DNA from: Amoeboradix gromovi X-113
Lineage: Eukaryota > Fungi > Sanchytriomycota
DNA length: 18,581 nucleotides
Reading direction: 5' to 3'
Assembly (NCBI GenBank): GCA_018985225.1
Contig: JADGIF010000126.1
Span: 1 to 18,581 of the forward strand
A program made the position numbers and the translations under genes. Below are positions 1 to 5,557 of this stretch, piece by piece (the first letter of the stretch is position 1; each line of letters starts with the position of its first letter). Under the pieces are notes generated by a model, which had not been told where the DNA came from, searched no databases, and was given only the letters and a program-made list of their open reading frames with translations.

Positions 1-1
1 T

Positions 2-1213
2 AAACAAATCAAACACGATGCCCTTAGAATAGCTGGCTCCACCGCAGCTGCCGACTTGAAGGCATTTGCTATGCAGTTTAAAGTATGCGTTGGAGTGCTA
101 AAGTCTAGCTGTGTGCTGAACGTGCCAGAGTCTACAATTAAACTGATTGCTTACTTGTATTCAGCGTCTGCTAGTTTGTCTTCGCAGTGTTTGAAATACT
201 ATGAGACCATCATGATGGAACGCACCACCCAGAATACAGGTGTTGAAATTACCAGCTCCATAGTCTCTTGTCCAGGAGATCGAACAAGTAATAGACTAAG
301 AAAAAGGAATGGGATCCAAATTTTTGGGATCGTAATGGTTTTTTCTATAGCTGCTGGTTTTGCGTTATATTTTCTAAGATTGCTCTTACAGTCAATAGCA
401 TATGCCTTAGAGGATATCAATTTACGTGAATGTTTTATTCGTGCAAGTCATAGAACTGGCGATGCTGTTAATTCTCTTCGATTGAGGCTAAACTTGAAGG
501 TTTCAGCCGACTATTACATTAGCCATCTGACCCCCAACGATGCTTTTGATAGATATGGGAAGTCCCTAGAGACGTTTGATCTGGAGGGCTTAAAAGAGGT
601 TATGAGAAACGAGCCCATAGAGTATCCCTTGAGAAGCAACGGGAAAGCTCGTTCCGAATTGTTTTTTAAACTGCTCTATTCCATTCAGCTCAAATGCCTT
701 GAACATAGAGCTTCAAAAAGCGAGGAAAGTAGCGAGGAAGCCTTGCGTTCGTACTTGAATAACATAACAGAAACAGCTACTCTTGAGATGAGAAACAATC
801 TTTACCTGATTAAAATCGCAATTCTCATTTTAATTGACATTGGCAGTATACAAAGTGCAAAGCGGATACTGATGGATGTAAAGGGTTCGAATGGCATTAG
901 AACTACAGGAAGCGTAGAGGCGGCACTAGACGATGAAAGTATTGTGAGTACTGAAGTTCAGACTTTAAAAAGTGAGCTAATCACGAAGCTTGAAAATTTT
1001 CTAGATGCACTAGATGGGAATTGTGCTATCTGTTTAAATCCACTCAGAAGTAGTGATGTTCCCTTGCTATTGAATTGCCTACATTTGTATCATGAGGAAT
1101 GCATAAATACTTGGCTTACAGACCATGATACTTGCCCAGTTTGTAAGACCGCAGATGCTAGGAGCTCTGATATAAAAATTAATTTAGCGGATCTGCGAAC
1201 GCAGGATGTATGA
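2..1213 (+). CDS. Membrane-anchored RING-H2 (C3H2C3) E3 ubiquitin ligase, 5'-partial
   Basis: The frame has no stop back to position 2 (KQIKHDALRIAGSTAAADLKAF...), so the gene probably starts upstream of the window; in-frame ATGs exist at 71 and 212. It has one hydrophobic segment (IQIFGIVMVFSIAAGFALYFLRLLL) and a C-terminal RING-H2, CAICL...NCLHLYHEECINTWL...TCPVCK. Confidence 0.9.
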   Translation, partial: KQIKHDALRIAGSTAAADLKAFAMQFKVCVGVLKSSCVLNVPESTIKLIAYLYSASASLSSQCLKYYETIMMERTTQNTGVEITSSIVSCPGDRTSNRLRKRNGIQIFGIVMVFSIAAGFALYFLRLLLQSIAYALEDINLRECFIRASHRTGDAVNSLRLRLNLKVSADYYISHLTPNDAFDRYGKSLETFDLEGLKEVMRNEPIEYPLRSNGKARSELFFKLLYSIQLKCLEHRASKSEESSEEALRSYLNNITETATLEMRNNLYLIKIAILILIDIGSIQSAKRILMDVKGSNGIRTTGSVEAALDDESIVSTEVQTLKSELITKLENFLDALDGNCAICLNPLRSSDVPLLLNCLHLYHEECINTWLTDHDTCPVCKTADARSSDIKINLADLRTQDV

Positions 1214-1371
1214 GTACTTGACATTAAATACTTTAATTTCTGGAAGATCTAACTGCCTAAGCTACGCGACTCGTTTTTCAGGTGTGCAGATTTAAAGCAG
1301 CCTAAAGGGACTAACTGTGAAACTTGGAATACCTTAGTCGTGGCTCGTATGAGAAAGAAATTGCAGTTGAC

Positions 1372-1407
1372 AATTTAATTGAATAAACCATTTATCGTGA
1401 TAACATG
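1372..1407 (+). repeat. Shared left-end motif, copy 1
   Basis: aatttaattgaataaaccatttatcgtgataacatg versus 2791-2825. The 18-nt core atttatcgtgataacatg is identical and contains the inverted repeat TTATC-gt-GATAA. Confidence 0.85.
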
Positions 1408-1492
1408 AATTTATAGTTCCAGTAGTTCTTACTAGAACTTTCTGATTAAACAGCAGAACTTTTTTTTAACATGGCAAACGGCTTGAAAGACA

Positions 1493-1674
1493 TTGATAGA
1501 AGCAATGGCGCATCAACTAGTCAGACTCCGTACTAGGTGTACACTGAGGAAACCGATTTGTACGTATGTAGAAACTGTAATTTACGGGCGGATAGAGATT
1601 ACAAGGCGGCAAGGACCATATGGCTGAGAATGTGTAACCTCATTCATTCCCGACCAAGGTTAGTGGAATGGTGA
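1493..1674 (+). pseudogene. tnpB: TnpB/Fanzor RuvC-zinc-ribbon C-terminal remnant
   Basis: 1501-1527 reads SNGASTSQT (cf. the TnpB E-x-Y-T-S-Q-T-C motif). The first CxxC is frameshifted, with an in-frame TAG at 1534. From 1561 the frame reads YVCRNCNLRADRDYKAARTIWLR, matching CxxC-x4-DRD-x-NAA-x-NI. Confidence 0.85.
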
Positions 1675-1736
1675 GAAACTCCCTTGATATTCCCGAAAAC
1701 CAAGACGTTTCTTAAGATACTAAGATGACTTGATAA
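1639..1736 (+). ncRNA. Putative omegaRNA (right-end guide scaffold), copy 1
   Basis: Stem ctcattcattcc (1639-1650) pairs with ggaatggtgag (1665-1675). Stem agaaac (1674-1679) pairs with gtttct (1707-1712) and encloses cttg/caag. It overlaps and follows the TnpB 3' end, where omegaRNAs are encoded. Expression is not shown. Confidence 0.5.
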
Positions 1737-1829
1737 TTGCGCAATATCCAAAATTTGAACAAACGCTATTGGCTTCTCAACACGTGCAGTATTATAGCAA
1801 CATCAAGTTAGTATTCATTTCTCGTATTG

Positions 1830-2720
1830 ATGATTTTACTGGCTATCCTACTAGAAACATTACTGGCTACAAGAATTTTAGGTGAGACTAATTCAGAGCC
1901 TAAAGCAGCCCAAGGAGAAAGCGACGCAACCTCTTTCTTGAGCGTTAATACTTTGTGCAAATTGTGGGAAAATGCGTACCTGTATCATGCTGAAACTTTT
2001 AAGTTGAGTGATGAATACTTCAATGCAAGATATTCAGAGATCGCCAATTATGTCAACAGACAAGACTTTGACTCTACCAAATATGATTTTAGAACTGTGA
2101 TTTTCAATTCATACTGTGGATTGGACCCTGCAGAATCAACCGACTACAGAATGACCAGAATGTGTAATGACTTGTACAGCGACGGTCTGAGTGCTGTGAA
2201 TTGGTTTTATTTCATTACAACTCAGGGTTTAAGTGCACCAAATACGAAAAAACAGGTACTTGGTGTGGTAACAGTTGATACTGTGGCATTGCATTTTAAT
2301 TTAGCACACATTGAGGTAACCGCATATGCAAGAATATTCGCAAGTAACTTGAGAGCACTATTTGATCTTTCTCCTGAGAATATCAACAATTTGGCACAAT
2401 TAGGAATAATCGTTTATAATAGCGATTTCAAAGACAAGTACTATGGACAAGATACGCGATTTCTTAGTAGTCAACTGGAAAACGTAAACTTAGAGAATTT
2501 GATTGACAGCCAGGATGTTGAAACGGAAACAAAGAAATTTAGAATAGCTCTGATCTTTAAAATAACTAGCGATGATAATTTTGTTTATACTGTGATCAAT
2601 GCCAAGAAAAATAACGGGTGGACGCAGGAGCAGATTGACTTGTTTGATTTGATCATTGAAAACAGATTTAGACGAGGAAAATCATGGTGGAAATCTTTTC
2701 TTTTCATGCACTACAACTAA
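1830..2720 (+). CDS. Hypothetical secreted protein (296 aa)
   Basis: ATG at 1830; signal-peptide-like N-terminus MILLAILLETLLATRILG; long intact ORF; no domain recognised. Confidence 0.75.
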   Translation: MILLAILLETLLATRILGETNSEPKAAQGESDATSFLSVNTLCKLWENAYLYHAETFKLSDEYFNARYSEIANYVNRQDFDSTKYDFRTVIFNSYCGLDPAESTDYRMTRMCNDLYSDGLSAVNWFYFITTQGLSAPNTKKQVLGVVTVDTVALHFNLAHIEVTAYARIFASNLRALFDLSPENINNLAQLGIIVYNSDFKDKYYGQDTRFLSSQLENVNLENLIDSQDVETETKKFRIALIFKITSDDNFVYTVINAKKNNGWTQEQIDLFDLIIENRFRRGKSWWKSFLFMHYN

Positions 2721-2790
2721 TAAACTTGAGTCTCTTTCTCCCACTCACTGGTTTCACGCAATGCATTAATTGAAGTCAAACAGACAGTAA

Positions 2791-2825
2791 AATTTATTGA
2801 GTAAACTATTTATCGTGATAACATG
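2791..2825 (+). repeat. Shared left-end motif, copy 2
   Basis: aatttattgagtaaactatttatcgtgataacatg; 1 gap and 2 mismatches versus 1372-1407. Confidence 0.85.
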
Positions 2826-2876
2826 CTCTCTTTTATATAAGCATTCTTCTTTGTAAGACACTTCAAACGGGTAAAA

Positions 2877-3023
2877 ATGCGGTATATCTCGTATTCATCA
2901 ATCACAAGTAGTTCTAAACCTCTTAATGCTGAATATGTCCCATGTAAAATAATAACTAAAAAATACATTGTACACTCATCGACATTGAGAAACTGGTGTG
3001 GATACAGATTATATGGCAGCTAG
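2877..3023 (+). pseudogene. tnpA: IS607-family serine recombinase (TnpA) N-terminal HTH fragment
   Basis: 48-codon ORF MRYISYSSITSSSKPLNAEYVPCKIITKKYIVHSSTLRNWCGYRLYGS*. The Y-V-P...V-x-x-x-T-L-R-x-W pattern is typical of the IS607 TnpA DNA-binding domain. The catalytic domain is missing. Confidence 0.72.
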
Positions 3024-3045
3024 GAACATATACATCAAGTATATG
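2998..3045 (+). pseudogene. tnpB: TnpB/Fanzor RuvC-III tail remnant
   Basis: Reads VDTDYMAARNIYIKYM. 2998-3031 is 27/34 nt identical to 1588-1621. Confidence 0.8.
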
Positions 3046-3063
3046 CATCCTTATTCAATCACG

Positions 3064-3188
3064 GCTCAGGGTAGAGAAAGCGTGAGCAATCACTGTAACG
3101 GAGAAACTAACATTAGTTTCTCTGTGGAAATTCTCGGTTTTCTCGGAAATGCGTCTTTTACCGTGAAGAACACTTAATGATGTTATAA
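3064..3188 (+). ncRNA. Putative omegaRNA (right-end guide scaffold), copy 2
   Basis: Stem gctca (3064-3068) pairs with tgagc (3083-3087). A 12-bp stem acggagaaacta (3098-3109) pairs with tagtttctctgt (3114-3125), with one G-U pair. The 3' tail is similar to copy 1. Confidence 0.5.
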
Positions 3189-3204
3189 AGATGGCATTTA
3201 TTGA

Positions 3205-5343
3205 TTAACTTCGCTTTACCACAACATTGGAGCTGAAGAGCCTGTACATTTGATCATCCTTTTCCTTCAGCAATGATTTGAATTTGTGTAATTGAAACTG
3301 CAATTGACCAAGTCGTAATTGCAGTCTACTCTGATTGGACTCCAACTCGAGTATCTTACTTTTACTATCACTTAACTGACTGTTGAAAGTAATTCGCGAC
3401 TTGTTTAATTCAGACTCATGCTCATTTTCTTGTTTTTTTTGTTGATTTAAATGATAATTTACAGCGCTATCTATTTTAATATTCAGGTCTAGAATCTTTT
3501 TGCAGCCGCTCATGTATTTTAAATTTAGAAAATGCGATCTACATGCACACCTATACAGAATCAAAAGAGAGATATTAGAGATATCAGATTTACTTATTGC
3601 GATGACCTGAAAAGGTCTTGTACGCGGTATCACAAAAAACTTTTCGATCGACTGTATATTTAAAGATGCTGGAACCCCATCAGTAAGTATCACAGTACGG
3701 ATGGCAAAGCTTGATGGCTTTGTCATCATGTTCCACGAAATTAAAAAAGACTGATATTTGTTCAGTTTATGCAACCATATGCATATTTTATTCTGTTTTT
3801 TATTATTAACGCAATTATCTAGCTTTAATTTATTCTGGTTACTCTTTAAGTAAGCAATACAGTTCATATATAAAGTATTATAAGTAGCCAAAGGATTTTG
3901 AATTACAGTGGGATAGTATGTCTCACGAATTCTAAGTGCATTGTTTGGGGTGATAGTGAACAACTTATCACTGAATAAATTACAGAGAACGGGAAAAGTG
4001 CGAGGTATATATAACACTTTACTGTAATTACTCTGATTATTATTGTTGAATGATGCAAATAGCAAGGCAGTAGTCGCAGCAAATTTTAATGTATTTCTCT
4101 GAATAGTCTTGTGATATTTATTGAAGAACTTTGTAAATAGCAGCACTTTAAACAGGTCTGCATTAACCGGCCTAGTTACAGAAGCAAGCTTATAAGTTGC
4201 AGTGGAATGTTCAAATGATATTCTAGGGAATACAGAAAAAAGATATTTTGCATCGCATTTCATAGCAAGCAGCTCTTCTTTGCTGTATTTGAAGTCATTA
4301 CTGGATTTTAGCAACAAAAGTTTTGTATTTTCTAATCGGTTTCTAGTACCAGTTAACACTTTATCAACAAGCAACTCGTTGGAATATTTGTGTTTAGTAA
4401 ACCGACTAATATACGACATTTTAAGAAAAATGCTCTCAAAGTTGTAGCTAAGGGTACGTGGAAAAAAAGAGAGTAAAGTGAAAGTGCTCATGTGATGTTT
4501 GTTAATCTGAATTGAGATCAAATTACTTATTGCCGTTTTCTTAAATAGTAATGTGTCGTATGATGAGTCAAAAAGATGTTTAAGAGATATATCGCTTATT
4601 TGCTTGTATTCGTACAGCATCTTCTCATATTTGACAAAACCAGGTTTAATGCGAGGCAATCTAAACGATTTAATTGCAAGCGATGAAAGCAGCATATTTG
4701 ATGCAGAATTCTTGTACAGATAATAATACAGTGTAGTGATGCTAATAAATGCTAGTACATCAATGACAACCGGAGATTTAGTGATATGATGATAGGGCGT
4801 AGCTAGAGTAAAGTTACAACAAGTTTTCGTAGAGTTTTTAAAAGTAAAAGTGGATTTCATAAGAGTGAGCGTAGTTTTTAAGACATCCTTTTTAAGCTTG
4901 TTGAGTCTGAAGTTAAGGCTATAAATTATTTGGTTCAACTGGATAATTCTTGCAGAGCTGGATTCAATCTCAATAGATTTATGATTCATGATATCTGATA
5001 AACATTTCAAATCTAATTGCAACTGCTTATTTAACAAACTTGAGTCAATAAGCTGAAATTCCATATTGCACTGAGTTTTAATGGAGCTCTGAATTGATTT
5101 GTTGATTTCTGCATAGCACGTTTGGAAAGTAAAAGCAAGTGTGTTTAAGTTGGTGCTGTTCGGTGTAGGTAGTAGCGATTTCTTATTCATCTCGAGGGAA
5201 TTATGCCTTTGCAATCCTGCTTGACTCTCTATGAGTCTTGAATATATTTGTTGATTATTAGCTCTAAGAGTCTCATTTTCTATGGTCAGGTCATAAGCTA
5301 GTCTAGTCAGATTTACTATTCTCTTTTCGAGTATTTCTGTCAT
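3205..5343 (-). CDS. Hypothetical protein with N- and C-terminal coiled coils (712 aa)
   Basis: Long ATG-initiated ORF. Both ends have heptad-like E/K/L/Q-rich segments (LTIENETLRANNQQI; LELESNQSRLQLRLGQLQFQL). No family recognised. Confidence 0.75.
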   Translation of the reverse strand: MTEILEKRIVNLTRLAYDLTIENETLRANNQQIYSRLIESQAGLQRHNSLEMNKKSLLPTPNSTNLNTLAFTFQTCYAEINKSIQSSIKTQCNMEFQLIDSSLLNKQLQLDLKCLSDIMNHKSIEIESSSARIIQLNQIIYSLNFRLNKLKKDVLKTTLTLMKSTFTFKNSTKTCCNFTLATPYHHITKSPVVIDVLAFISITTLYYYLYKNSASNMLLSSLAIKSFRLPRIKPGFVKYEKMLYEYKQISDISLKHLFDSSYDTLLFKKTAISNLISIQINKHHMSTFTLLSFFPRTLSYNFESIFLKMSYISRFTKHKYSNELLVDKVLTGTRNRLENTKLLLLKSSNDFKYSKEELLAMKCDAKYLFSVFPRISFEHSTATYKLASVTRPVNADLFKVLLFTKFFNKYHKTIQRNTLKFAATTALLFASFNNNNQSNYSKVLYIPRTFPVLCNLFSDKLFTITPNNALRIRETYYPTVIQNPLATYNTLYMNCIAYLKSNQNKLKLDNCVNNKKQNKICIWLHKLNKYQSFLISWNMMTKPSSFAIRTVILTDGVPASLNIQSIEKFFVIPRTRPFQVIAISKSDISNISLLILYRCACRSHFLNLKYMSGCKKILDLNIKIDSAVNYHLNQQKKQENEHESELNKSRITFNSQLSDSKSKILELESNQSRLQLRLGQLQFQLHKFKSLLKEKDDQMYRLFSSNVVVKRS

Positions 5344-5557
5344 GATGGCCTAAAGAAAAACTTAAAATGCTTTCAGATTAACTGAAAATATAATTTTCAG
5401 AATTAAAGCTACCTTATAACGGAGTGTTTGCATTTGTTCATCCTTAAAAGCACCAATGTTAAGTTTTTTGCAATAACAAGCATGATTACATTGAGAGTAA
5501 CAGGTTAGTGGGGCCTTTAAAAGTAAAACTGATATGGCGCACTTAGTATGTGCATAG

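Larger units (their letters stand above)
1372..1736 (+). mobile_element. Non-autonomous, internally deleted IS607/TnpB (Fanzor2-type) element, copy 1
   Basis: Its left end is shared with copy 2 (33/36 nt). It carries a degraded TnpB/Fanzor C-terminus (TSQT...YVCRNCNLRADRDYKAARTI) and a hairpin-rich 3' tail whose last 50 nt or so resemble copy 2. Boundaries are approximate. Confidence 0.8.
2791..3188 (+). mobile_element. Non-autonomous IS607/TnpB (Fanzor2-type) element, copy 2: TnpA N-terminus joined to TnpB C-terminus
   Basis: In order: shared left end, MerR-like HTH of IS607 TnpA (EYVPCKIITKKYIVHSSTLRNW), then in another frame VDTDYMAARNIYIKY (TnpB RuvC-III), then a 12-bp hairpin and a tail resembling copy 1. 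Confidence 0.82.

Noticed and set aside
56-58. TTG/GTG starts in the ORF track (56, 1827, 8578, 11270, 16470, 17738)
   Set aside because: Eukaryotic context. I used the first in-frame ATG, or the window edge for the RING gene, and treated 17738 as a frameshifted continuation of the pseudogene.
199-420. Short antisense ORFs inside long genes (also 4202-4447, 5550-5789, 7703-7948, 8198-8392, 11956-12174, 12950-13195, 14707-14949, 15020-15262)
   Set aside because: Shadow ORFs on the opposite strand of well-supported CDSs, several with non-ATG starts and none with recognisable motifs.
1372-3188. An intact, active Fanzor nuclease gene in this window
   Set aside because: Only C-terminal remnants are present, and the 296-aa ORF between them shows no RuvC or zinc-ribbon motifs. 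Any active enzyme must be encoded elsewhere.
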